Notes: generated by a model not told the origin, from the sequence alone. 64,000 bases of DNA from Phoronis australis (GCA_002633005.1 NMRA01000110.1:872731-936730), one strand, 5' to 3'. Numbered from the stretch's first letter, positions 11,988 through 24,999 are shown. Made by a program: numbers and translations.

Positions 11988-13432
11988 TGGGGGTTAACGT
12001 CGTTTGGCGTGGTATCAGCAGGGCATGAGTTGTCAGAGTAATAAACTGGCTTCTGATTAGCTTGGGTAGCCAAAAATCTTTTAAAACTGAAACAGTCACG
12101 TTTCATGTGGCCAGGTTTTTTACAAAAGAAACATCTGATTGGTTCTTTGTCCAGGGCGTTAACAGTTCTGGGCGCCCGACAGTCCCTCGTCCTATGATTT
12201 GTTCTGTTGCAAATCCTGCATCTTTGAGGAGGGGATATTTTATCTATGTCCCTAGGGCAGATTTCCCTGTTATCTCCCGGTTTTAAATTCATTCGCGCCC
12301 ATAGGTGTATTTCTTGGACAGCAACTTTAAGGGCGTCCCTGAGGGTTGTTGGACCTGAACGTAGGACGTGCTCTCTTATTCTCGCGTCCCGGAGCCCATC
12401 CACGAAAAACCCAATTAATTGGTCTTGTAGAACGTCCAATGCCGCCTGATCGTCAAATGCCTCCCGCGCCGCCGACAGCAGTCGCTCGCCATATATTTGC
12501 ACACTTTCGTTTGGTCGCTGCTTAATTGATTTTAATCGACGAAATGCCAGAGTTTTTGTCAGTGATAGGGGCAAAGCGCAACTTAAGTTCTGCTTTAAAC
12601 TGCTCATACGTGCATTGTGGGTGGTCTGCCATATAACGTTTAATGAATGCCGAAACTTCACCCCCCGATCTTTGATATGCAATTAAGATTTGTTTCCTGG
12701 GATCCATATTGGGAAAAATTACAGCCATCTTTTCTATCTCGCTCACCCAGGCTCGAAACCCATGAACATCTCCTGCGAAAACGGGGATATTTGACGCCAG
12801 TGACGTTTCGCTCATGGAATTCATAGCATCGGTAACATCTGTGGTGAAATTAACAGCAAGTCCCGTTAAAAATTCGGCTAAATCTACAGTAGCTTGTTGC
12901 TGATTATATATATATATATATTTATTCAATAACTAGGCCTCCGGCCCTTGTTACAATCAAATCATCAAATACAATAAAGGTAAGTGTCAAACACTAGAAG
13001 TAAACCGAATTCTTCTTCGCTTGAATGCGAAATGAACATATTTACATGTTGACCATATAAGATCTTTTTCCTCCATAGTCATGAGTCTGTTGAATTTTGT
13101 AACATTGGGATTGTTGTAGCTCCATGCAGGCAAATATCGTTTCCTAAGGTCATCGTAGAATGGGCATTCGATAACAAAATGATATTCCGACTCGACATAT
13201 GTCCTACCACAGAGAGGGCATAACCTTTCTGTTCTGTTAAGTTTCAAGTGTCTACCCTTTTCAATCATTAGTGCATGCGCTGAACATCTCAATCTCACCA
13301 TATCAGATCTAACATTTATATTGTCAATTACATCTAAATAGTTTTCAAAACATATATTTAACTTAAAAGTTCTGTAAGTTTCCAGCTTAATCGAATTGTT
13401 CAAAATATCTTGCCATTTTGCTGATGTGCCAT
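11978..13432 (-). pseudogene. gag: gag, interrupted by a LINE insertion and a frameshift near 12.55 kb
   Basis: Two CCHC knuckles, CRICNRTNHRTRDC and CFFCKKPGHMKRDC, and the FFVDGLRD motif. Removing the insert restores MAHQQQATVDLAEFL from ATG 13432. Confidence 0.88.
12905..13417 (-). mobile_element. 5'-truncated LINE (CR1/L2-group) 3' fragment with (TA)n tail and 8-bp TSD
   Basis: ORF 12987..13403 RLRCSAHALMIEKGRH...RLCPLC...ESEYHFVIECPFY (post-RT CCHC region). AATAAA plus (TA)n tail. ttgctgat occurs at 12897-12904 and 13418-13425. Confidence 0.85.
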
Positions 13433-13460
13433 ACTGCTCAGTGATCAGACTATGCTAACT

Positions 13461-13783
13461 TGGAATCTCAGTTGGCGATTAAATATCTTATAGAAAATTC
13501 TTGCATAACTGTCACCCCTCTCACATTTGCTACACCAGGGGTGTGCCTATCCTCTGAGGGATCGCTATTTAACTGTCACTCTAGAGATGTGGATGCTCAG
13601 TTGGCGACCAACCATCCTATAGAAAATTCTTGCATAACTGCCACCCCTCTCGGACTTGCTGCCCCAGGGCCTGCCCGTCCTCCGAGGAATCTCAACTAAT
13701 GATTACAGAAGTATGCATATCCCCTGGGGATATTTTAAGACATGCTTGCATGCACGTGGAAAGCAGTGCCTCATTATATCACA
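13461..13783 (-). repeat. Truncated 5' LTR remnant
   Basis: Aligns to 4297-4615 with scattered substitutions and indels. The rest of the LTR, the PBS and the leader are absent. Confidence 0.85.
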
Positions 13784-16700
13784 TTCTTAGGTAAACGAAA
13801 CATAGCTGCAGGTCGCCCGTACTTATTGAACATCACAAGAACACAGCAAGAAGTCCCTCAGACCACATCAAGAATGGCTAATATGGAATACACCGGAGTT
13901 GGCGCTCTAATTTAGGCTCGTTAAAACCCCTTCGAAATTGCAGATGCATTCATCTGATGAGGGTCATTGCCTTCATAAATATCATGAAAGCGTTTCTTTA
14001 ACAAAAGCACAAAACAAGTTCCTATTGTCCGCTAGTCTTGCCTGACGTCGCCCGGGGGTTGATTCGTGCAAAACGTTTGTATTATTTCATTCTACGTGTT
14101 TATTTTTTGTTTGAACTAAATGCGATGAATCCTAGACGGACGTTGCATAAGATCGCAAGACGTATTAGAAAGCGTGAAAAGACCTTGTTATGCATGTATC
14201 CCTTTACCGTCTGACGCTAGTTCTACTCACCTCCTAATCATGGCGAAGACTATTGCAGTTGTTGGCTCGTTTCTGGTCATTTATTTGGTCGGAGTGTTTG
14301 CCAGTGACTTGGAAATGGTAGAAAATGCCTTGGCAGAAGATGGGGATGTCGACTTTAGTGCACGTGATGCAGGCAGCGGGAAATTAGATTCGGAACAACA
14401 AAAGCGAGAAAACAAGGAAGAATGTAAGTCCCTAACGGTAACTATTATTGCTAGATCACTCACTTGTCTTTTTATACATTTTACTTTTAAATTAGCAGTT
14501 TTTTTGCCCGCTCAAATTTTATAAGGCCTATTCAAATCGCCCTTGGGTAGATCTACACTGTACATGTACATGTAAGCATAAATGAAGTTAATCTCGAGAA
14601 AACAATACTTCTCAAAGAAACCTCGGTTTTAAACATGTTTCATACCGGCTTTTGTTTTTAATACTACAGTCCACTTATTTTTTTTTCTGGCTGGTTAGGA
14701 GCTGGTTGCTATCTTTTTATTTCATTTTGAAACTTGGAGTAGCAAAACAATGGTAAGTCTTGGTCGCTAGCAAAGCTTATAAGTCATTTAATTATGAACC
14801 CGTCCCTACTACTTATATTTTCTCGTTGACTTTAAATCTAGCCATTGTAGGTTTTTAGACGTGCTTCATCACCAGTTGAGTACCGTCAATATTGGGGAAT
14901 TTTCGCGAATATCAGTGTTCCGGTTAGCATACATGTACTACTTTCTCGAATAGAATAGTTCGACATGCACTGTGCGATAACCGATGTCTTAAAAGCATTT
15001 GACATCTAAGTTGGTTACCGTATTTGGTGTGGTGTAGCTCATTTGTATACTATAAGAATAATCTATGTAAAATTGTTAATACATTTTTATGGACGACCTT
15101 TATCAATTTCCTGAGTATACATGTATCACTACGCACGGTTGTTCATATTCAATCACCATCAATGCTTGAATTTTTTGGCGTATTACTTCATCGATTTTTA
15201 AAAATCAAAAACCGTATTTAGCTGATTTTTTTAAGCTGCATACCGTCGTGATGTTTATTTTGAAAGAAGAATTATTGGTTTATGCATTTCGAAAATCTTG
15301 CAGTGCGAACAGACAGATATGTTTACTTGAGTTTACAGTCCGGTTATTGCACCGTATTGGGCGTTGTTCGCACTGGAGCCGCTCAGAAGGACCAGGGGTA
15401 AACATTCCTACATATCCTTAGAAATGTGTGCCTTCTTTGAGAGCGTATTATTCACGTCAGGTTACCATAATGACACAAATTCTGAAAAAGTTAAAATGAA
15501 AATAGTCGATTGGGCTGGAATGGGATTGTATTAGTTCCATCTTTAAACTCAACATCTGATAATAATACCGGTTTCTAATAAATTTACCTTTGGATGTGCA
15601 GCGGAAGAGATACACAATAAATGTTTAGAACAAAAACAAACCAAAAAACAGTAACATCGTGAATAATTTCCATGATGGTGACTTCTTGAAAACTGCTGAA
15701 AGTTGAAGTAGGATCATACATGTACGATGCCTTCGGTCAGTCTATCACTCAGTTGTTTGCATAATTCATACAAAAGAGTGCCGTTGTTATGGTACTATGG
15801 TAGCTTCACTGGCGTACGAATAATATGGATGATTTTTCCTTTTATAAACAACTGCAACGTGAACTGAAATAGATACATAGAAGCACATCAACAACCAACA
15901 ACTAAATAGGAAACGAAAAAAAAACAGAATATCGTTTACAAAAAACTATACATAACAATAGACGGAGTAGGCCTACGTACTTACAAGAACAGTAAGTTAT
16001 GTACAAAAATCAGGAATTTACAGCTATCAAACATCACGATACCAACATATATTCATCGTAAACACATATGGTTGCGTATGCAGTAACAGTAGTACCCAAG
16101 GGCGAAGCGGGTCAGTGTTCTACGGCTGAACATCTCGTGTCATCAATCAATCGGTTTTACCTAGTCTCCGTGAATTCATAGCACAACAATTACGTGCAAC
16201 TGCAATACTTATGACCATTAATCACAAGAAATGTCTAGAAATTATTTCAAATTAATTCGAACAAGTCGGACCAGAATCCAATTCATGGGCGTGTCGTTAA
16301 CGTCCACAGCCCCACACGCGAACGCTGATTTTAAACTTTGTCATTGCCCTCAGCCACTGAGACCGTTGAGTATTTTGGTTGGTTATTGACCATGTGCTGA
16401 AAACCAAGGCAGTTGTAGGATTGTTTAATGATTATGTTTGCGGCCCATTGTAGTGTTCAATGATTGTGGCAGTTTAATTAAAGCAGTGTTCAATTTGGGA
16501 AGGTGTAGGTCGCTAATGCAATAGAAGGTTTGATTTTCGACCCCATAAAAAGCTCAAAAAGCACGGAGTCGATAAGCGCATAGGGTCAAGCGCTCAAAAT
16601 TTTACTGGAAGTCGAGGGTCGGAATGGTATGGCAAAAGCCGTTCGGGCATATTCATACATGTACACATGTACGTGTATTTTGATCCATGCTAAGACAACG

Positions 16701-17257
16701 CGGACGTATCAGATTGGCACACTAAAATTGTGGGGCTATAGGGCTCCGTCCCCTGTGGTGTAACGCCCGAATGCCATGGGCGGCGCAGCACTGAAGAAAG
16801 TGGAGCTAACCACGCCCCCCCCCAGCCCCATATGATGCGCCGTTCACGTTACTGCCAGGAAGGAGGTGATCTTCCATGGGATAATGTAGCCAATATGTAA
16901 CTAGCCGTCACCAAGTACCTTGTAGACCTACTACTAATTTTCCCTTCGACCAAACTAAAGATACACGAGCGATCCCCTGTATTCCGGTGGATTTTGCTCA
17001 GTATAAATTTTCTGCTTATCCATATAGTCAGTCGTAGGCGTTGAAGTTTGTAGCTTTCAAATTCTTCGCGACCTCGGCTGCAACTGGCTCCCTATTCAAC
17101 AATGGTCTCCACAGAATTGCATCGGCAATTCTCAACAATTGTCGGTGACTCAACGTTACGTACACCAGACGTAATTTACCTAACGAAGTTCAGAAGCGCG
17201 GGAGATACATGTTCGATAAAACGCCATCATATTGCAGGCAGCAAGCCAAATTGCCAG

Positions 17258-17481
17258 GGGACCGTTCCAAGCGTTGGCTGAATTTCATCGTTAACTTAAG
17301 TTTAAGATATTTATCAACTTCCAAACTTGAAATTTCCATATCCTGTACGCTAATTGGACTTTAGACAAAGCTTTAGTCAAAATCTAATCATTCGGACCAT
17401 TTTCTTGGAACGGACTTAAGCCAAACTAAAGTTGCATCTTAAAATTTAAGATTTACCTTAGCTAAGCCTTGGAACGGCTCC
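17258..17481. mobile_element. MITE, PIF/Harbinger-like (CAG TSD)
   Basis: TIR gggaccgttccaagcg / ccttggaacggctcc, flanked by cag on both sides. Absent from the homologous intron of paralog B. Confidence 0.7.
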
Positions 17482-19949
17482 CAGGTTCGAAACTCCAAAA
17501 TCATTGAGCCGGGTCAGATGATTTACCTTCTAGCAAAAACTGCTAGTGACTGGCGATAAATCAACAAACTAAGAAGTTTGAGTAGTGTTGCAGCTCTATT
17601 CAGGAAGGCACAATCTCTCTGAGCACGGGTACGCACCTTCATGGGATGGTCAAATAGCATAGCATGTTTTGTACCATTTCAAGCGGTATCGGAGCCGGTA
17701 ATGGTTCTAGTACTGTTCCGGTACCGCTCCAACACTGTACTTGAATATTTTGTTTCATATAGGTGACTGCACAACCTGGACTGATTGGCTCAACAATGGT
17801 AACTGGAGACGTGTCGGAGATTTGGAAACACTGGCTTTATTTGTAAGTTCTGTTCGAACACAGAGGTCATTTTGTATAAATTAACTTTGTAAAAGCACTT
17901 GTCCAACATTGTACCTTTCTACCTTAATCACGTGGGATGTACGCTAACCACCAGTACAAAAGTTCGAATTACAAACCCCTTTTCTATACATGCTGTAAAC
18001 TTTCTGGTTAAACGAGATAAGTGTCGATTTAGAGAAATCTTCTCGAACTTAATGTCCCCTAGCTGGCGAGTTTCATCAACATTCTAGCCCCACAAGTGAG
18101 CTGGTTACCAAAGGAGTGACTATATTCACTAGATCACAGAAGTAGCGTAAGTACTTTTTCTGATCAGGTCATATCCAAAATAGAAGGCTTGAAACTATCC
18201 AGAGTACGTACTATTCCATTTTCTTTTTGGGACATGGAAACAGATGGACATAATAGCGATTTTGTCAGCAGAACCACGCGCCTCCAGCCATTTGCTGGAA
18301 CTCAGTTCCTAGCATGCCTTACATGTATATGCAATTTATATTGTGTCGCAAACTCTCATGGACTGCGGAACTGAAAAAAGAATAAAACCAAATGCAAGGA
18401 TGCACTCTGGTTGGCAGTCCACTCGCTCCTTATTCCGGTTTTCTGTTATCAGTCAGCTCATCACTTTCAACATCGTATTGTTGAATCTCATAACGACGTT
18501 TTATCTTCCTTCCTACACGAGGGGATGTAAAATGCCATCACTTTACAATGTGATAAATTCCATTCTCAGATTCCAGTGTCTGAACAATTTACTTTTGGGT
18601 TGTTACAGGGGAGTATTTTGACCCATCGCATGTTCACTTAATTCTGATTGTGACGTGCTTATTTATGGGAATGCTTTTCAGTAATCATGTTTGAAGGAGT
18701 CGTTTAGAGGGTGTAATGGTGGGACCATTTGTATTGTCACATTTAACTTTTCAGATATAGATTTCGTTAGAAACGATTTTGCATTGAACTTATTTCTGCA
18801 TTTCTCGTATGGCCTAAAAATACTTCTTGAGTGCGGACACCTGTGTTCAGTAGCTACCATAGCGACATCGTTAAAAAAAGATTTTGGTGTAGAAATATAT
18901 AAGAACGTAATTCTTTTAAATGCTCCACTGATCCCTAGAACTGTATTAACACGAAATGATAATTGGCCACTATTGGTTTGTAGAGATGTGTCAAAAATGT
19001 GCGCTGCTATGGCAAAACAATGACCACCCCACTAGCGGAAAAGGGGATGACGAAGAACGAGAAGTAAGTATTGTTTCAACGATTATCACAACTGCTTTAT
19101 CTTGGTTGGTAACGCAAACCGGTTCAGTAAGTTCTGTTTGAAAATTGGAAGGTAGCGGTATTAGGTGAGCTGCCTTGCTAACATTGCAATGGCAAGGGCT
19201 TGGACGAAATGGGATTGTTTGAACATTGATGAAAAGTAGTGTAATTAGAAAACTAATTAGATTAATGACACATTTTCTTTCATAAAACTCATTTGGCGTT
19301 CATACTTGTTCGTCAAACAATCAACACATAAGAAAAATGTTTACCCCCACATATGTGTGAACTTATGATCTCAAAATGACTCGATAATTAACACCCACAT
19401 ATCCCGAATGCAGTGCTGATCGAAAATCTCTTCCCATGGTACGCGGCTAGACCGCGTCAGGGTTCGGGTTCCAATGCACGGTTAGACCGATGCTAGTACA
19501 TGTCCAGCCTTCGCCTGGGCGTGAATAATCCGCAGAAAGTGCGGATCAAGAAAAGCATGCCTGTCACTAGAAATACCGTGGGTAAGTAAGCGTACATGTA
19601 TGACAAATGATTACGTGTCTGTATAAACATCTAGTAAAGATCACATTTATGGAGGGATGATAGATGTACACGTGCAATAGGCGATGTAATGTTGATAAGT
19701 AATGGCGCTTAGGGTGAGATGCTGCAATGTATCACCGACGTTTTTGCTTAATTTTTCCAACCTTTTCTGATACCCCGGCGTGATTGCAATTTTACAACTG
19801 ATTATTTAACACACTGGATCCGTGAGAACGGCACGTGATTGAGATGTGTGTTGATGCACTGAGTTAAATATTAATGAAATAACTGTAACTGTCTTCCTCG
19901 GACACGGCACCTATTGTATTTTAGACATAGTACGGTAGCTTTTATTTCT

Positions 19950-21720
19950 GATAGAGATTTTGAGCGTTTTTGCTTTGCGGCACACCGTCAAACTTTCCTT
20001 ACAAATTTTGACGTCGGCAGTGTCCTCCGCTGTATAAGTTAAACACAGATCAGTAGCGAGTGGAAAATGGAAATATCTGTGCTTCTAAATAATTCGTTAT
20101 TGTTGTACCAGTGTCTTTCCGGAGAAAGATACACCGCAGCTCCTGTTTAGATTTTCAGACGTGGAGAACACTGATGTAATGGAATAACAATTCACTGGAA
20201 AATTAAAAACAAATACAACAGTTTTGTAGTATGGGATGGAGACTGAAGGGAAACGAAACATGAAAATGAACGCAGAACTAGCTTGTCTGTCAGTAGGTAC
20301 TTGCTGATATTAACATGTGTAAATACCTTCCGACAATAATAGCCTGAACAGTTCATTGAGCAAAACTGACTTGAAGGAAAACTTCTTTGTCTTCCCGGTT
20401 AGCTGTGCCGTCACGGTCAGTAAAGGTATTAGTGCCTGATTCCTAGGGTGCAGGGAATCAATGACTTCAGAAATGCCACAGAATGCCATATCAAGACGAA
20501 ATAATAAAAATCGGTGCGGCGTTTTACTGGAAGCCCAATATATGTATATATCTAAGTTAGAGCAACGACTCGGCGGATATAAGTAGCCTTTGAATCTAAA
20601 CCTTTGCCTTATCTCAGTTAATAGCAATTTCTTTCAACAAAGTCCTCAATTCTCAATTCAAGTGAACAGAGCCAGTGATTTCTAGGCAGTGTTGTCCAAT
20701 ACGACAAGCACGACGGCCTGAATTTTCGGACTGAAATGTTAATTTACATGTTTTTCACGTTTGTTATTTGGGCTGCCTTGACTCTCTTGAAAATCAGAGA
20801 AAGGTGGGAAATTGGCGGCGCCCGGTTATGTTACGGGAGTGCCAGTTCCAAGTCTCTAAAGTAGTTTCCAGTGAAACGCATCACAGATTTTGATTGTTTA
20901 TGAATATTTCTTCTTTTCATGACCTGTTTGTCACAAGTCAAACAATCATGACATTTGAAAATTTCACGTGCCCTCTCCATGAAGAAAAACCCATTGAAAA
21001 TGATGCGTGATCACAAAATTCCGATTCCTGAACTTGACGGGGAACACGAAGCCAAGTTCGCGAAATTATTCATGTAAGCTGCACACGACATGAATTATCA
21101 AGAGTCCCATGCACTGGAATATGTCATTGAACTTAATAATTGTGGAATACTTCAGTTAATAAAAGTTTCAGTGTCAACCCCATTCATTAGAGCCAAAACA
21201 TTCGCGATTACTTTGCCGTTACTCTACAGGTTAGAAAATCACCACCTCGATAGCACTTAATGAGATCAGAACAGGTGATAGTGACCATGGACTTCAACTT
21301 GTATCATGCAACATTCATATCACTCGAAGTCAGTCCTTCACCCGTTCGCCATCCTGCAACTCTCCCAGCTAGTCGTCGTCAAATGATACATCTGATTTAG
21401 CACTCCCTCGAAAATTATTGCGTTCAATGTAATACAATAATATTCGACATAAAAAGCACAAACTTGACAAAAACTGGCGAGTAAACATGAGTGCTGGTTC
21501 AGTTGTCAGTGGTAGAAGGAGTGACCCTCCCCAGCGGATATTAAACGCCTCAATAAACGCGGTAGATGTACATGTACAACCGATGTCCAGTCTCGTGTCA
21601 ACATTTGACCTTGTAGTAAACACAAAATACGGTAATCAGCTACTCTTTAAAGTGAAAGCTATAAAAAGCATTTAAACATACGGTGTTGTACATAAAATAA
21701 TAGATATAACTCTATTTACA
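19950..21720 (-). mobile_element. Possible highly decayed DNA-transposon relic (YqaJ/SWIM-like traces)
   Basis: Only weak motif echoes (YWASS~LGASPD, GISEV, YQQV, ITGS, C..C...LLYYIE), spread across frames. Confidence 0.2.
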
Positions 21721-21735
21721 AAAAATGCGTCATAA

Positions 21736-22758
21736 ATGAATTTCCTCGAGGTCCCCAAAGAAATCAAAAAACAAGCATACCAAACGGCATCTCAGACAGC
21801 TCTTAGATGTAGCTATACAATATATTTATCAAGAAATAAGCAATTTACAGAATGGCAACTCTGCAACATTTCTAAGCCCAAGATTGAAACACAAGTAGCT
21901 ACTTCGTCATCCCCGATACCAAGGAAGACAAACAAAAAATCAACAAAAGATAAAAGATTTGGTCTTTGCAATATTGGAAACACGTGTTTTGTGAACTCTA
22001 CACTTCAAGCTATCTTTTCATGCAACCTCAACTGGCACAAATACAATATCAACAAGAAAAACAATATGAAAACCATCCTTGTGAACACATATGAAGCAAC
22101 TAAAAGGTATACATCAACTCCGTCTGAAATTTTGAATAAACTAAGATTACAGAACAACTCTCTTGGCAACGGAAGTCAACAGGATGCCCATGAATTTTTA
22201 CTATGGTTACTGAACCAATGGCACGTTGACACACTTGCTCACAACGCTGATAATGTAACGTCTGAGGTTACTAGTACCTTCCAACACGTGAAGAAGCAAA
22301 CTAGGAGCTGTAATAACTGCACAACAACAAAGGAAAAAACACAGATAGACTGGGAGTTGACCGTCTACCTCCCAACGCTAAGGAAAGAAATAACTATGCA
22401 GGAGTTGTGGCACAGCTTGTGGACGTCGTTGGACATCGAGGACTTTAGTTGCCCAAACTGTAATAGTCTCAGTGGCCAGCTCACATGGTCATTAGTAAAA
22501 CCGCCAAAATACCTTTGTATTCATATCTTACGTACCGCGACTAATGGTGAAAAAATCAACACAAAGATTTCCTCGTATGACCTCTCCGGCTACAAAATAA
22601 AAGCAGTCATTGAACACCATGGAAGAAAGACGACGGGTGGTCATTATACATGCTGTGTTAAATCGTCAGCATGGGAATGGATAAATTTTGACGACTCTAC
22701 AGTCACAAGTACATCCAAGCCTCCCCAGGATGCCTACATTGCAATATATGAATTATAA
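21736..22758 (+). CDS. Intronless ubiquitin-specific protease (peptidase C19) with an N-terminal segment resembling the C-terminus of RLE-type non-LTR retrotransposon ORFs
   Basis: Cys box GLCNIGNTCFVNSTLQ, QQDAHEFL, CxxC...CxxC zinc ribbon, and His box VIEHHGRKTTGGHYTCCVK...WINFDDSTV...AYIAIYE. 340 aa, uninterrupted. Confidence 0.9.
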   Translation: MNFLEVPKEIKKQAYQTASQTALRCSYTIYLSRNKQFTEWQLCNISKPKIETQVATSSSPIPRKTNKKSTKDKRFGLCNIGNTCFVNSTLQAIFSCNLNWHKYNINKKNNMKTILVNTYEATKRYTSTPSEILNKLRLQNNSLGNGSQQDAHEFLLWLLNQWHVDTLAHNADNVTSEVTSTFQHVKKQTRSCNNCTTTKEKTQIDWELTVYLPTLRKEITMQELWHSLWTSLDIEDFSCPNCNSLSGQLTWSLVKPPKYLCIHILRTATNGEKINTKISSYDLSGYKIKAVIEHHGRKTTGGHYTCCVKSSAWEWINFDDSTVTSTSKPPQDAYIAIYEL

Positions 22759-24859
22759 ACCAACAAAGGAAATCAACATAAAAAATATGGCGCAATTTCA
22801 ACATCAACGTCGCATATCACATCTGACGCAGCCAAGTCAAGTTATTTTTTGAAATTCATACTGGTACGGGAATTGGGGATAGTTAGGCCTATAAAAGATC
22901 TTTAACCCAGCCGCAGAGCGTCTAAAGCCGCGCACCGTACCAGTGACTGCTGGCAACTCATCGGGACTCAACTTTAACATCTTTCGCCGCAGAGATAACA
23001 ACTCTTGGGCTGTCTCCGGTGAGTCCATTCTTTGTTGAATGATGTTTAGATAAATTCAATCTGAGATAGAAAGCCAGTTGGCTGTATAAAGACTATCGTC
23101 AACGTAGCCGTGTGTTGAGCTTCATTAGACACCGAAAGTTGACCCAACCCGGCTAGCTCAGCTCGTCACCTCGTCGCGAAACTTTTATTTATCGTAATCT
23201 ATTTTGCCCGGGATACGCCACGAGCTATGTTGCAGAGTAAAACAAGACGAATGATGTCATTTATTATTACGTAAATAGATAAAACTAAATACATGTAAGA
23301 CTCTGCTAGATGGGCATGGACAAAAGGCCCACCGGATGTAAAATGAATAGCCCTGAAAAATGGAACCAAAACAAAAGAACTGCCTGAAGGGTTTAAAGGA
23401 AAAATTTAATTAATATGTAGATTTTACGAACGCCGGGGATGCATGCAGAATCTGGTAATTAATCAAGATTCACCCCACCTCTTACAGCCGTCACGGTTTA
23501 TTGAAGTAAAAAACAATCTAATAAAAATTATTTTTGCGTAATTTTCCGCCTTCTGTAACAAAGAAAAATTTGAAAACAGTGCATAATCGTGACACGCACC
23601 TTTTTCCAAAATTTTGCGACATCTCTCGAGAGTTTGTTATGAAACCGGGTATAGTGCTATTAAATACTAAAAACTTATTGAAACCGAATTCGATTGTTAG
23701 GACACGTATTCAGCCTCACAGTTGATCGAAGAATCGGGGAAATTGGCCAATAGGTGGTGCAATGGCGCCCAAAGCCGACGCGAGTGACCTCATCACAAAT
23801 TTAGCAGCAGAATAACGGTGGACCGCCAATTTTTCCAACACCGGTGAATAATCAAGTTTTTCGGAAAGGGGTATATTTAATGACATCATAAATTTTGGCG
23901 ACGGCAGTGCCAATTAATTATATACCCAACAGAATCTGGAGCATGGACTGACGTCACGTATGCCAGTACGAAACGGGCCACCCTTCCTCCGCCTCCGCGA
24001 AAAAAAAACAACCGGCGTGAAAAAAAGAACAGCTCAAATCTATCTAGGGGTCGGTGCACTATCTGGGGCCAAGGCGGTGCCTGAGGGGGCAACGAAGGTC
24101 TGTATAAGAGCGGGGGAGACGGAGTTTGCGCGAACAATGCATTTTATACAATATAGTGTTCAATTTTGTGGCATTTTTGAGAAAATCTCATGCGTCAACG
24201 CATTTCCAGGAAAAGGTCTGCAATGGCGAAACTCCTATTGATGCCTACTGCACAGATGGAGCTACATGGTCAGGAGAAGGCTTGGAGCCCTTGGTGTTTA
24301 ACCAATGGACTTCCTATCGCGCTGCAGACAGGCTTGTGCGTGGGAGAAGGTGCAGCCCTCGGCGTGGACTGAAGTGCCTGAACAGTGATAACAAAGAGAC
24401 TTGTAATGAATACAAAATCAATTTTTGTTGCTTCAGTGGACGTAAGTTATATAGGCTAAATTATAACCTCTGTTCGTCCTTGGAAAGTGCTTGGATTATA
24501 TTACTAAATTTTCCTCGATCTGGACCCCTCCCAGTCATTCTGTTAATGTAGCCCCATGCAATGTACTTGTAAATGCATTCTGCCTCCAATGTTCTTAAAT
24601 CGAATTATCAATTGGATTTTTGTTTTGACTGCCATCAGTAAGTAGACGAATGTGTGGAAGTTCGTCATGAGTACATTGGATTAAGAGTAAACACAATCAT
24701 TGCCATATGATCACCACGTTCAGGTTTAAAATTTATAAACCGTTCTCAGATGATGCTGGTATCTTAACTGATTCCGATTATTCGATTCTAAAGTACGATC
24801 TACATGTATAATGGGGATTTGCTGGAAAAACTTGTATTCTTATTTACATACATTTTATA

Positions 24860-24999
24860 TAAATACACATACATATACACACACGCGCGCGAGTGCGCGC
24901 GCGCACACACAAACACACTCACACACACACACACACACACAAATATATATATACAAATACATGTAAATGTACACACACTCAAATACACACTTACACAAC

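Larger units (their letters stand above)
3745..13783 (-). mobile_element. Env-encoding Ty3/Gypsy LTR retrotransposon (errantivirus-like), decayed
   Basis: Order on the minus strand is gag-PR-RT-RH-IN-env-extra ORF. Homologous LTR sequences end in ...cctcattatatcaca at 4615 and 13783, and a PPT lies at 4616-4628. Several stops and frameshifts are present. Confidence 0.95.

Noticed and set aside
21700-22850. TSD or poly(A) tail around the USP ORF
   Set aside because: Only a short cataaa match, which is not significant in AT-rich DNA, so the insertion boundaries remain undefined.
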